64,000 nucleotides of DNA from the human T2T-CHM13v2.0 reference genome, Homo sapiens, in NCBI RefSeq assembly GCF_009914755.1, contig NC_060930.1. One strand, written 5' to 3'. Position numbers and translations under genes: made by a program. Positions 1 through 12,925 of this stretch are shown here, piece after piece. Each line of letters starts with the position of its first letter. Position 1 is the stretch's first letter. Under the pieces are notes generated by a model. That model ran no database searches. It was not told where the DNA came from and was given only the letters and a program-made list of their open reading frames with translations.

Positions 1-279
1 AACACCAAATAGGAGAGAAATTTATTGTTTTTGCTTTCACTCTTCTGATTTCTACCATCTTTCCAGCATTGTTGCAGGGGCAAGTGCCATTGATTTCTCA
101 ATGTATTTCCATTCTCTGATTCATCCTTGTCACCTGAACCCAAATGATGTTGGAACAGCAATGTGCCCAGCCCCAGATGAGATGTTCACTCTCTCACTCT
201 CTCTTACCTCTAAGGATAGCTTTGTAAAATCATCTGGCTAATAAAATATACATGAAAGCTCACTTGAGCTCCGGAAAAC

Positions 280-343
280 CTTTAACACTTGCTCATGAAA
301 GGAGACAGGAGTAGTTAGCATATCTCTCCACTACCACCCCCTA

Positions 344-385
<42 letters not shown>

Positions 386-632
386 ACTTTTCTTCCCATC
401 TTGAATGTAGTTGTGATGACTGGAGCTACAGCAACCATCTTGCAGCCATGAAAATGGAATCAAACAAACACGGGATGACAGAGTGGAAGAAGGCAAGAAG
501 CCTGGGCATCTAGTGGCATTGCAGGATGCCATTGAATCAATGCAAGCAGCCATTTACTTCTAGACATCTGTTTATATTCTTTAAATCAGGCCCTTTCAAT
601 ACCTGCAATCAAATACATTCCTAACTGATATC
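280..632 (+). mobile_element. Old MaLR LTR remnant (MLT1-like)
   Basis: Contains the MLT1-typical motif tggagctacagcaaccatcttgcagccatg and the 3' end aatacattcctaactgata; boundaries approximate. Confidence 0.55.
346..383. repeat. (AC)19 microsatellite
   Basis: Uninterrupted AC run read directly. Confidence 0.97.
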
Positions 633-2394
633 ATAATTTTTGCTGAAAACATTTACCTGCAGATTAATATTGATAAATTTAACAGAAAATCAGATTTGAA
701 GATAAGGAGAGATGCTAAAGTGGATGGACCTTACACACATACATGCATAGATTTGTTCAGCTTGTGAAATTTACCCTGTGGCTTCAGGCAATTTTCCTGA
801 GGTTCTGTTGGGTGTTTAAAAACATACAAGTCTCCATTTACTCAAAAGACTGTTTCATTCAGTAAAATGGGTACTAATCTAAACAGTGGAGGACACAAGG
901 CATTCTATATTTTGCTATAAATAAAATTACACATTGTTAAATAAAATATATGCAAAATACATTCATTATCTGCTCCTTCCCTCATGGTATACCTCATCAG
1001 TTTCATGACCTCCCCCTACCCCCAGTTACCATTCCTTTTTCAGCTTGTCTTTTCTCTTCTCACCCTGATTGCCACCCACTAACACTTGATCTTCAATTTC
1101 TAATTCCTTCTCCCCAGAAATAATTGCTGGACTTTACACCCATCCTGTATCAGTTATTAGACCCTTTCCTTTGCTCAGTATTTACTGAGCACCTACTATG
1201 TGCTACCATATGAAGGGTGGGGTGCTGGCAGTGCACCAGTGAGGCCCCCTGTCTGGTAAATCTGATGCTGTAGAACCTCACAAATTCTCTCTTAAATGAT
1301 ATCTCAGGGTAGCTATTTATGCATTGAATTTTATACTTATGTGGCTGAAACTAATGTATATGAAGAAATCACAATGTTTTTAATGTTTCAAAACTTGACA
1401 TTCCAGACTTGCTACTGCAAGGAAATAATTGGCAAGTGACCTTTAGATGCTTTAATTGGGTGACAAGCTTACTTGGATGATAATTCAAATGGTTCTGCAT
1501 GTTTAATATGCGCTAAAAAGAAAAAGGTATGTTTGAGTATTTGAGATTCTTTCAGAAGGTATCAGCAGCTTACAAAATACTAGGTCTGAGCAATATAGAC
1601 AAACACACGTATACACACATATATACACGTGTTTGAAAAATTATAGAATCTTAAACTTAATTCAAGCTTAGATATTAAAGTCCAATTCTATTCTTTGACA
1701 TAGCAGAAAACTAAATCCCAAAAAGGTTCAGTGATTTAGTTAAGATTATAAAGCTAGCAAATGTGTTAGGTTCAATTATTTCACTCATAGAGGAGGTTTA
1801 CTATATAGGAGTCATCAAATCATGACTGAAAATGGACTCTCTGGCACTCCTGGGAAGAGAGAACTTTAGAGAAAGAAAATAGAACTCAGTCTGTTATTGA
1901 GGTAGAGGGGCCGTTGCAGTAGTTGGTTGGAACCATGGAAGAATGAAGATGGGCAGAGCTGTCCATCTTCTGTTTAGTTTTTGAAAGATAAACATATAGA
2001 CACCATGTCATAACTGTACCCGTAACTGTGATTCGGGGATTGATTCTACAGTTAAAACATTTAAGGAAGAAATTGCAATACTTTTTCTGATAATGCAACA
2101 TGCTCTGTTTTAAAGCCCTGCTTAGAATGAGAAATACAGAATTCTGCTGCAACTATGACTAAATAGTCTTTGAATCTAGGAATGAAATCAAGCTCATTTG
2201 TAACCTCTGTGTGTGAATACATCAGAGATTTCATGGGAAACATGAGTTAGAAGAGTTGAGACTAAGGAGAGGTTACCAATTTGTTCCCCAGTTGGCATTT
2301 CTTGGAATTTTTCTCCATGTAGTCATCACTGCTTTGGAATGCAGGCATGACATCTGAAAGGTACTCTGCACAGAAGATCTCAAGATGGCATTGG

Positions 2395-2515
2395 TAGATT
2401 TTTAGGGAGTCTCTGAATGTACCATACTCCCAGTGTCCACTTTGAGGAGAGAGGGCCCATCATTTTCATCAGATTCTCAAGGAAGTCTCTGACCCTAGAA
2501 AAGTTAATGATTCTA
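2395..2515. mobile_element. hAT-Charlie-type MITE remnant (MER5/MER103-like)
   Basis: tttcatcagattctcaaggaagtctctgacccta resembles the end of these MITEs. Confidence 0.35.
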
Positions 2516-3449
2516 ATAATAAACTTTGTGACTCCGAACTCACTTCATGGATAGAAACATGGTCAATGGGTAAATGAGGCCAGTGCACAATTGGGCTTCT
2601 CCCAGTTTCTCTCTCAATGTGAACACTAATTTATGCCAAGCAAGTAGAAAAGAAATATGCATTTCACTGATTTTATTACCTTTTCCTAAGGGTAGGGCCA
2701 AAAGGTGAAAAAATTAAGTTGTCAATAGGTACAATTTTGTACTTAACTTGTAAGAGAGCGAAAGTGTAGACAACGTGGAGTGCAGAACACGCAGATAAAA
2801 TCATTATTTTATCCAGCACCGGCAGAACCCTCATAGCACTGTTCCTCGGCCTGGCCACAGTCGCCTAGGGTAACGTGCGAAAGTGTGTGGAAACCATGAT
2901 TAATGGTTCTTACTTATCTCCTATTAAAATGCCTAGCGGCTTTTGAATATAGGTCCCTGAACGTTTTAAATTTATTAATTTATTTTTATTAGAATCAGTG
3001 TATCCTGACACTAAATTGCTTGAGCACCTTGCAAAAATTCTACAAAACTAATTTATAAATTAAGTTTTTCTGTCTATGCATGGCCTGGGCATTTCGTTAT
3101 AAAGGATTCAACTTTCTGTTTTATTTAGAGCTTTTGTTTTTCCATGTATATTAATTACTTCCCAAACTGGCCATTTTCTTCTACCTTCCTCACTTCCATA
3201 TGCACTTTTGAATGTGCCATGGGATTTTTTTTTTAGCATTATGCTGCCTGTGGTTCACAGGAAAAAGATACATTTGACTTTAAATAGAATGAAAATGATA
3301 TTTTTTCACACTTCTGTTTAGTTTGGGAGAATGCAAACACATCGATATCATGAATGCTACATAAAATTGATTAACTCAACAAACATTTATTGTGTACCTA
3401 CAAGGTGCCAGGAACTGTGAAGAATAATAATAATAATGGTAAGAAAAGC

Positions 3450-3700
3450 AAGTTTTTACCATGAGTGCACTATACCAAGTTTTGTGGTACATTCTTTATG
3501 TTGACTCTACGATTTAATTCTCACCATAATCCTATGAGCTGGATATTATTTTTAAGCCTCACTTTACAGATGGGGAAACGGAGGCAGAAAAGGTTAAATC
3601 TATTGTCCTGAGTCTTGCAGCTAAAAACTGGCAGAGCTGGGATTTGGGCTCAGGCAACCCCAACTAGACCGTCCATGTTTATACACCTGACCATCACTGT
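3450..3700 (-). mobile_element. MIR SINE, preceded by an L2 3'-end fragment (~3370-3420)
   Basis: MIR core ttacagatggggaaacggaggcagaaaaggttaa; L2 end caacaaacatttattgtgtacctac. Confidence 0.7.
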
Positions 3701-3875
3701 CTTACTCTGGAGGTAGCACAGGAAACAAAACAAATGGAACTAAAAAAATAAACAAATAAATAAAACTACACACAGGTTATTTCTTTTTTGTTTTCTAGAG
3801 AGTAGCCCAGTATTATGGAGAGAATTTTAAGACATATTATCACTTGATTCATATTTTTAAAAATAATATAACAAA

Positions 3876-4250
3876 GGCCAGGCATGGCGGCTCAGGGCTA
3901 AAAAATTTGCCAGCACTTTGGGAGGCCAAGGTGGGAGGCTTGCTTGAACCCAGGACTTCAAGGCTAACCTGGGCAACACAGGGAAACCCCATCTCAAAAA
4001 AAAAAAAAAAAATAGCCGACCATGGTGGCACATGCCTGCAGTCCCAGCTCCTTGGGAGGCTGAGGTGGGAGGACCACCTGAGTCCAGGAGATTAAGGCTG
4101 CAGTGAGCCATGATCATGCCACTGCACTTCAGCCTGGGCAACAGAGTGAGACCCTGACAAGAAAATAAAAGGGAAAGAAAAGAGAAGACAACAGAAGAGA
4201 AGAGAAGAGAAAGTGAGAAAGAAGGAAAGAAAAAGACTACAAAGAAAAAA
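3876..4250 (+). mobile_element. AluJ-type SINE with degenerate GA-rich tail
   Basis: Dimeric Alu with AluJ-like ggctgcagtgagccatgatcatgccactgcac; the tail has drifted to (GAAGA)n. Confidence 0.9.
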
Positions 4251-5493
4251 GCAAATTATGAGCTTTGAAATTTTTTTCTCTATGTCATATACTTCATATT
4301 ACACTCAAATCTGTATTTATTAAATCATATTTCAGAATATCTGGAATCTCATTAACCATTCCCATAAATTCTGGCATACTCTTTCTTAATTGTGAGAAGG
4401 GAGGAAATCTAGCTTATGCATTTTCTACTGCTCAATTGTCACCAAGGGCAGAAATGAATTGAGAATATGAAAATCCATGGGGAAGGTCTTTAAGAAAGAA
4501 GTACAACCACTAGAAAAAATATGTGTGTTTTTCTTGCTCATCCGCAGCCACTCTGGCTTTTCACCCATGATACGGATGTGGTGGCAGGGAAGGTGAGCAC
4601 CGGAGGCACAGCATCTCTCCATGGTCTGTGCAAGGCCGAAGGTGTGCACCTCACCACTTCGGAGCGCTGGCCAGGCGCCATGGGGAAGTGTCAGGACACC
4701 ACATGAACAAAAGGTGCTTGCCAGGTTGCCAGACTGATAAGAGGAGAGTAAACACTATCTATTTCAAAAGGAAGCTTGTTGTGACAAGGTTTTTGGCCCA
4801 TGTTCACTAAAGGATGATGTTTTCAGAGGAAAAAAAAAACTTTTTTGCATGAATTTCCATTCTCTTAAATTTTGCAAATACGTCCTCTGAAGTTGGTGCA
4901 CCACACCTGCTGACAGGAGCCAACCATGTTCCCTGGCAGGATGAGGTGAATGCAAGCAGCAAGGCTTGAGCCATGGTGCGCTTTCAGCACCAGGGCCGTG
5001 GGCTCACAGACGCTTTCCTCACTGCCACCATTCAGGAATTTACATTCTAGACAACCCTTTCTTATGCCCTAGAGCTGTGTATCTTTGGATGCCTTGGCTT
5101 AAATTCAAATATCCCTTAAGGCATCATGAAACCTAGAATATATATAGTCCTGAAAGACTATTTATCCAAGAGTCTATAGGTAATTACAAAATTGTTTATA
5201 AAGAACTTTTATTAATGATGACTCAATGTATTAATCATGACATCATAATATTTTTAAGACACATGCTATAAATGTGAGGCAATGAGTGAAGTGACCTGCC
5301 TGACTGCAAATTATGATTGGTGGTGGCACTTCAGACTAACCCAGACCAATACAGACACAGTAGCATTGACCGTAAACATACATCAAAACGGAATCCATTG
5401 GGAGTTTCACCTGATAAAAGTCTCATACATTTCATGGAGCAAAGATCATTGTTTCTGAGACTATTTCAGAGACATTTGAAAAGGAAAAGTGCA

Positions 5494-5841
<348 letters not shown>

Positions 5842-5859
5842 CTAGTTTGCTATTTTTAT

Positions 5860-6770
5860 ACATCATTTGAGATTCTTTAACGACTCAAATGGGCTTGGGC
5901 CAAAAAAAAAAAAAAAAAAAAGGTGGATGGGGAATGAATGTTTTGGCTTACATAACTGAAAAGTCCTGGGGGTAGAAAACTTCAGGCATGACTAGATTGA
6001 GGCACTCAAATGCTATTATGGGGAATGTGACTCTACATTACTCTCAGCTCCACCGTTTCTTTTCCGGGTCTATTCTCAGCCAGGCTCTCTCCATACATGG
6101 TGGTCAAGATGGCTTCCGGCTAGCCTCCTATCCACTAGCAACTCCGGTAGGAAGAGGATACCTCTTTCCGGCAGTGCAAGAAAATTGGGGCTGGATCTCA
6201 TTGGCCTATTTTCAGTTATGTGACCAACCCAAAGCCAATCACTGCGGCCATTGTCATATCTTGTTCTACCCGTGGACCCAAGCAGTGGAGTCACCCTCAC
6301 TTTAACCTTATGTATGTGTTTGTGAGGACTGCCATGACAAAGTACCACAGAGTGGAGGGGTTTAAACAACAGAAACTTCTTTCATGGTTCTGGCATCGGA
6401 AACTCCAAGATAAGGTGTCAGCAGGGTTGCTTTCTCCTAAGGCCTCTCTCCTTGACTTGCGGATGGCCATCTTCTCCCGGTGTCCTCACGTGGTCTTCCT
6501 TCTGTGTGTGTCTGAGTCCTCATCTCTTCTTATAAGGACACCAGTCAGATTAGGGCCCACCCTAATGACTTCATTTTAACTTAATTACCTCTTTCAAGGC
6601 CGTATCTCTGAATACAGTCACGTTCCAAGGTACTGGAAATAAGGACTTTAACATATAAATTTTGGGGGGGAATCAGCCTTAGAAGTTAAATTTTCTAAGA
6701 AAATTAGGACGCTATTCACAAAAGAGGGGAAAATTAATGCTGGGCAAGAAAAGTAACAAGGTTTGCCAAA
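5860..6770 (-). mobile_element. Old MLT1 LTR interrupted by a younger MLT1A/B-like LTR (6311-~6680)
   Basis: Inner element has antisense MLT1 motifs (aagtaccacagagtggaggggtttaaacaacaga, tcttataaggacaccagtca); older MLT1-like sequence on both sides. Confidence 0.6.
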
Positions 6771-7310
6771 CCTTTCCTGTTTCTGCAGACACTGTCCCAG
6801 CGAATCTTGCAATGAGCTTGCTACAACTCTATTTAAGATACTCTTCCCAGTCCCTCAGGAATGCCAGCATGTGGAAGGTTAGCACCCTCAGTCAATAGTA
6901 CTAGAAAGGAATTTTAATGCTTTCAAACCATATTCCCTAAGTGTGTTCCATTAAACATTAGCTCCAAGTGGGATTCGATGTTATTGAAAAAAAGGATTAT
7001 GTGGTACAAGAAATGCTTTTGTTTTGTTTTGGAAATGCTCAACTCAAATTAGACACATTTCTAGACCATAGGAGTTTCCAGGCCCTTTTAATATGCTAAT
7101 AATCTTTGTGAATCCCCAAGAATGATCGTGTAATCTGCAGTATCTACCATTCCTCCAAACACACATTAGGAAATGCTTCATTATTAAATTGACATGCATT
7201 TAATGGGACACAGACTTTGGAAAGTCGAGGCAGGGCAAAGGAATTGAGTAGACATTGGAACTGCTGAAAACTGGCTTTTGCCAGTTCTGGAGAACTTTGC
7301 CCTAATCTCG

Positions 7311-7678
7311 TGCTATACGCTGAATGTTTATGTCCACTCAAAATTTATTGGGTTGAAATCCTAACCCTCAATGTGATAGTATTTGAAGATGAGGATTGGG
7401 GGAGGCGATTAAGTCATGAGGGAGCCCTCATGAATGGGATTAGTGCCTTTATAAAAGGGACCCCAGACAGCTCCCTATCTCCTTCCACCATGTGAGGGCA
7501 CAATGAAAAGGAGCCATCATGAACCAGGAAGTGGAATCTCATCAGACACCAAATCTGCTGTCACCTTGATCTTGGGCCTCCCAGCCTCCAGAACTGTGAG
7601 TATAAATACATTTCTGTTGTTTACAAGCCACCCAATCTATGGTATTCTGTTATAACCATCTGAATACACTAAGATACA
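7311..7678 (+). mobile_element. MaLR solo LTR (MLT1A-like)
   Basis: Starts tgctat, contains ccctcatgaatgggattagtgcctttataaa, ends actaagataca. Confidence 0.8.
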
Positions 7679-10189
7679 TTACGTATTCACCAACTCAACC
7701 TCACCTAGCTAGCAGCAAGAGGTTCAGAGCTGGAAGAAGAGGGCCTCCTGAGGCTGGCTGCAGAGAAGAACAAGGAAAAGTAATCAGGATAAAAGGGGGA
7801 GAAAAGAAGCTGTGGTCCAAAACACCAAATTCAAGAGATTTAGCAAAATTTAGCATGACCTAGAGTGGGTCAGTCTATAAGGGATCTATTTGATTATTTG
7901 GGGGCAGGGAGGTCTACAGTGAGATTTTCCTAACTGTACTTGAGTGTCTGGGTCATGGACCAGGGACACCCATCTCAGCTGATGAGATGGATATTAGAAT
8001 CTGGGACCAGTCCATAAAGAAACAAACCAAGGGGTGCAGATCGACAAGGGGTGCAGATCCAAGAGCCAATTCCAGAACTGGGTTGGGAGCTTGGAGTCAG
8101 TAAGACAGCCTGGCCATGCCTAGTTTAACTTGGGAAGATAAGGGACTGATACAGTTATTAAGGGCCCATATTCACATCTACATTCATCAGATGGAGCAGC
8201 AACAGATTTTAAAACCAGATTATTAGCAGAGAAGGAATTTCCATTCTACTGCCAGGCTGACCACCGTCCCTTACCTTCACAGCCTCATCTCCAGCAGCTC
8301 CCCCTCATCCTTCATGCTCCGAACCAGAGGCCTGTTGTTAGCACCCCCTGCATGATCACATGCGTCTTGCTTTTTCTCTTACTGTCGTCCTTTTTGCGTA
8401 TCACCTAGGTAACCACAACTGATTATTTAAGACCCAGCTCACGCAAGACCTCATTCATAAAGATGTTCCTGCCCTCCATGTGTCTCTTTACCTCTCCCAC
8501 ACTGGGCCAGGTGCACTTCCTTCATAGTTCCATAGAAACTTGCGATAACACTCCAGTAGGATATCATACTGTACAGATGGCAGATGTGCACATCTCTCTT
8601 CCATACAAGTATGGGAAGACTGCAATCAATGGCTGCTAATCTCAGCCAACCTGTGGCAGCAAGGTACACATGGAGTTAATTGACTGCCATGTAAAGTTGG
8701 AATTAAGCCTAGCATATTACAACATTTACTTTCTACTTGTAAACGTGAAAAGGGTACCCTTTCACATATAATTCTCCTGCCATTTGACCTCTGAAATAAA
8801 ATGGAGCACACGGTGTCAAGGGAGCTAAGGCAGCTTTCTGACACATGGTAATTACCCTTAAAAGTATACCTCCCAGTGAATCCCCTAAAAAACGCCACAG
8901 CTCAGATTCTGGCAGTGTTCATAAATCACCAGCTCTGGTCCCTCAGAAGTTTAGGAAGTTAGCAAGGACACTTGACAGAATTACTGCTTTTATTAATGTC
9001 ATGGGCTTGGATTATTTATTTAAGATTACTAGGATCTGAAAACATGCACTCCAATTGAGCCTTCACCTAAATCACAAGGAATGGTGCAGATGCCTCTCTT
9101 GCTAGAAATCTCTTGCTATTTGCTGCTGATGGGAAGAAGCTCTCTAAGGGATAGAAGGAGCTGGTAAAACTCCAGGAAGAACAAGGATGATTAAAAGTAT
9201 CTTTTCCAGTCCAAACACTATAAATGTTAAACACATGTTTTGCAGTTCAATTGTTTTAAAATATTTTCCAACATGACCTTTATAAATATTTGTGTGTCTC
9301 TCCCACTCCAAGGAGTCAATGACTGCTGGGTGCAGCCCCCTGAGGAGGTCTAATGAGGAAATGCTCCCAGTGCAGGAACTCTGCCCTGCAAGTAAGTCAG
9401 CCCCTGTTAGGATGTGTGCTACCCCTGCAGGTCACAGGGCTTCCAATTAGACTCTAATTACTAGAACACTAAATTGTTCAACATGACCCGAAAAGAAAAT
9501 AAAGCTTCCCAAAGTTGGTGAAGCAGACAGAACCTCAGAACAGGAAGGGGCTTTCGAAATCATCTGGTTCAAACCCTCCTTTTACAGATGAAGGAAATGA
9601 GGCACAGAGAAATGAAGAGAGAAATCCAGGTTCATGAACAAGCCTCTGTCTCTGATCAGTTGAGTCTGCCTTTCGAGACACTACACGATTGGTTGGCTTT
9701 CCTTTTCCCTCCTCCTCTCTGTCCCCACCACTGTGTTCTCTTTCTCTTCCTGACACTAAAGCAGGGTATTCTGCATGATCCATTCCTTATCTCTCTCCCA
9801 TCCCAACCCTATCTCCCAGCAAACCAAACCACTGCCGCTCCCCAAGTCCAGGGCACTGGGGGATGTGCTTTTTCTCTGTCTACAATGATTTTCTTTCCCT
9901 GGGAAGCTGATAGACATCTGCTCAGCCTTTAACACACAGCTAAAGACAGACTTGACTCTCCCCAGCCATTTCCTCTCTTGTGTTACCATAGTCATTCTCC
10001 ATGTATATTGAAGTATAGCGCTTACAGCATTGAGTTCTAACCATTGGCTTAGTTATTAGCCTCTTTGACTCAACAATGCGCCCCACACAATGCCTGGCAT
10101 GTGGTGCATCTCCCGTGTCTGGCCAGTCCCCTCTAGTCAGTTTCCACTCCAACTCCACCCCGGATCTATATTTCCTGGCCCAGTCTCCC

Positions 10190-11090
10190 TGCATGTCCCA
10201 ACACTCTGCGGAATGTTCCACCAACATCTCAAACCTGTTCCCAAAGCTGAAATTATTGTTCCTCTTACCCTTCCATTCACCACCCCAAACCTACTCCTGC
10301 CCATCTCCCCATCCTTTGCCATTTACGGTATTGTAATCCTGTCAGTCACCCAGATTAAAACCCAAGGTGTTCATTGATCCCTTCTTCCCATCTGCCGCTG
10401 AACAATGGCTAAGCCCTGTTCATTCCACCTCGACCACATCTCTAGTGACATCACCCCTCCTCTTTTATTGGGACGACAGCCTGAATCCAGCCCTCTTCAC
10501 TGCCTGTCTCACCATTTTCAGGACCCTCTGCTCTGTTCTCTCAGCTTCTGTTCTTGGTCCTCCAAGTCACCCAACACACTGCCGCTAGAGTAATCGTCCC
10601 CAAGGGCAGCTTGGTCACATCATTTTCTTGCTCAAAAATTTGCAATAACTTCTTTGTCCACAGTCCAAATTCTTTCCAAGGTCCCCCTCATCCAAGGTCC
10701 TCTGCAATTCAGCTTCTGCTGCTTTTTCGTTCGTACCTCCAACTACTCCGATAACTCATTCTAATTCCAACCACTGCATCTCAGCATCTCATCGCTGTGT
10801 TTTCCTACTATACTTCCTACTAATGCTTCTAGCCTCCAGGCCCTTCTCATTAACTGTCACCTAAAATTCAACTCAATTATGAAGTCTAAGCAAGAAGTAA
10901 CTAATCCCAAATCCTACAAAGCACTTTGTTTATAACTTTCTTTTAATATTATTCCATTTTTTCTTGGATTTTGGGTTGGGAGGAAGAAACAACACTGTAA
11001 GGGCAAAAATCCTTGCATCCCTCACAGAGCCCACCACAGTAGCATTTGGAAATAGTAGGCACTTAATACTCGCAGGCTGAACTGAATTAG
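10190..11090 (+). mobile_element. L2 LINE remnant (3' portion)
   Basis: Pyrimidine-rich L2-like sequence ending agtaggcacttaatactcgcaggctgaactgaa. Confidence 0.5.
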
Positions 11091-11140
11091 ATTATACAGA
11101 AAACAGAAGTCTACGTAACTACTAAATTCATGAATTCTAA

Positions 11141-11308
11141 GACTGACAATTTTTCACATTTATCACTTCTGAAATCAGAAAGCATCTTACAATGAATGAT
11201 GTCCTAAATATCACTAAACTGATGAGTGATATTTTTCTTTCTTCCTGATACATAAAATAGCAGGGACTTTTGCAATGGATAATGTCTTCTACTCAAGAAA
11301 ATAGGGTA
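11141..11308. mobile_element. MER104-like Tc2 DNA-transposon MITE
   Basis: ttcatgaattctaagac...tttttcacattt...ctgaaatcag...catcttacaatg, with a degenerate inverted end tcttctactcaagaaaatagggta. Confidence 0.55.
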
Positions 11309-11310
11309 TT

Positions 11311-11947
11311 ATCCCAAAGGATTATAAATCGTTCTACTATAAAGACACATGCACACATATGTTTACTGCAGCATTATTTACAATAGGAAAGACTTGGAAC
11401 CAACCCAAATGCCCATCAGTGATAGACTGGATAAAGAAAATGTGGCACATATACACCATGGAATACTAAACAGCCATAAAAAAGAATGAGTTCAGGTCCT
11501 TTGCAGGGACATGGATGAAGCTGGAAACCATCATTCTCACCAAACTAACACCGGAACAGGAAGCCAAACACCGCATGTTCTCACTCATAAGTAGGAGCTG
11601 AACAATGAGAACAAATGGACACCAGAAGGGGAACATCACACACTGAGGCCTGTCGTGGGGGACAAGGGGAGGGAGAGCATTAGGACAAATATCTAATGCA
11701 TGCGGGGCTTAAAATCTAGATGACGGTGCAGCAAACAACCATGGCACATGTATCTCCATGTAACAAACCTGCACATTCTGCATATGTATCCCAGAACTTA
11801 AAGTATAATAAAATAATAATTAAAAAAAACTAGATGACAGGTTGTTAGGTTCAGCAAACCCCCATGGCACATGTATACCTACGTAACAAACCTGCACGCT
11901 ATGCACATGTATCCCAGAACTTAAAGTAAAATAAATTAAATAAAGAA
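11311..11947 (+). mobile_element. 5'-truncated L1PA 3' end with a duplicated terminal ~115 bp
   Basis: L1 ORF2 end and 3'UTR; the terminus ...cccagaacttaaagta plus A-tail occurs twice. Confidence 0.9.
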
Positions 11948-12555
11948 ATGTATAGTAACTAGAAAAAAATGAGACACGGTATTATAAAGTATCCCAATGT
12001 TAAGGCCATTTTGTGGACACAACAATGGTTTTGTAAAAAACGCAATTACTGCTACCAAAAGACAAATAAAATTGGCAATTCTCAAGAAACTAAAGGAAAT
12101 CTATTCTTCCCACCAAAGAAGCTTAGTCTGCTATACAGCGTTCTTCATTCTCTAACTACAGCCAAATCTCAGTAGATGTAAGATGCTCATGGGACAAGGC
12201 TGCATCCAACTCATCTTCTGTGGTTAGCACCTTAAATATAGTAGGTATTCAATTCATCTTTATTGATTAGTTTACCTTTCATATAGGTATGTTGAAATAA
12301 TTAAGACAACTAGAGGATATAGAGAGCTGTCCCAAAGCACAATAAGCATTAAGTTTGAGGCACCAAGCAAAGAAATAATAACTTCTTTAATCCCAACCCT
12401 TATCTGTATTATCCATATAGCCACTGTGCTTGTTGTGACCTTTTTGTTATTATAATCAGCATGACCCCGACTGACACTCATTGAGCGTTTATTCTAGACA
12501 GACTATGTTATGCTAAGCACTTTACCTATTTAACTCAGTCTTCAGAAAATTGGGT

Positions 12556-12925
12556 TGTAATAGAGAATCTGACTGCATTTTTTTGATGTTTAAATAGTGA
12601 TCCCTCATCCTCCCCTCGTGCCCCACACTTGGCAAACTGATAAGAAAGCCTGGGTGTTTCCTTCTGTGGCACCCATGGGTGATTCAAACCACACAAGCCT
12701 CCATCTATACACAGAAATTCTTACCCCCAGCCCCACTCTCTAATCACAATAAAAACCCCAAGATAGCCTCTTTTCTCTGTTTACTCAAGGCTCTCAGACC
12801 TGCTTGGAAAGCATGCCCTGCTCTTTCCAGAAAACTTCATCATGTAAGTAATAAATCTTCTCAGACCCCCTGTGAGTGTGTCACATCCAAACCAAATTTT
12901 GGGTAGGGAATCCATCCTGACTCTG
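12556..12925 (+). mobile_element. ERV1-type solo LTR (MER31-like)
   Basis: Starts tgtaatagagaatctgactgcatt, contains ctgataagaaagcctgggtg and AATAAA. Confidence 0.5.

Noticed and set aside
4971-5003. REST/RE1 site (ttcagcaccagggccg)
   Set aside because: Only the left half-site matches; the GGACAG half is absent
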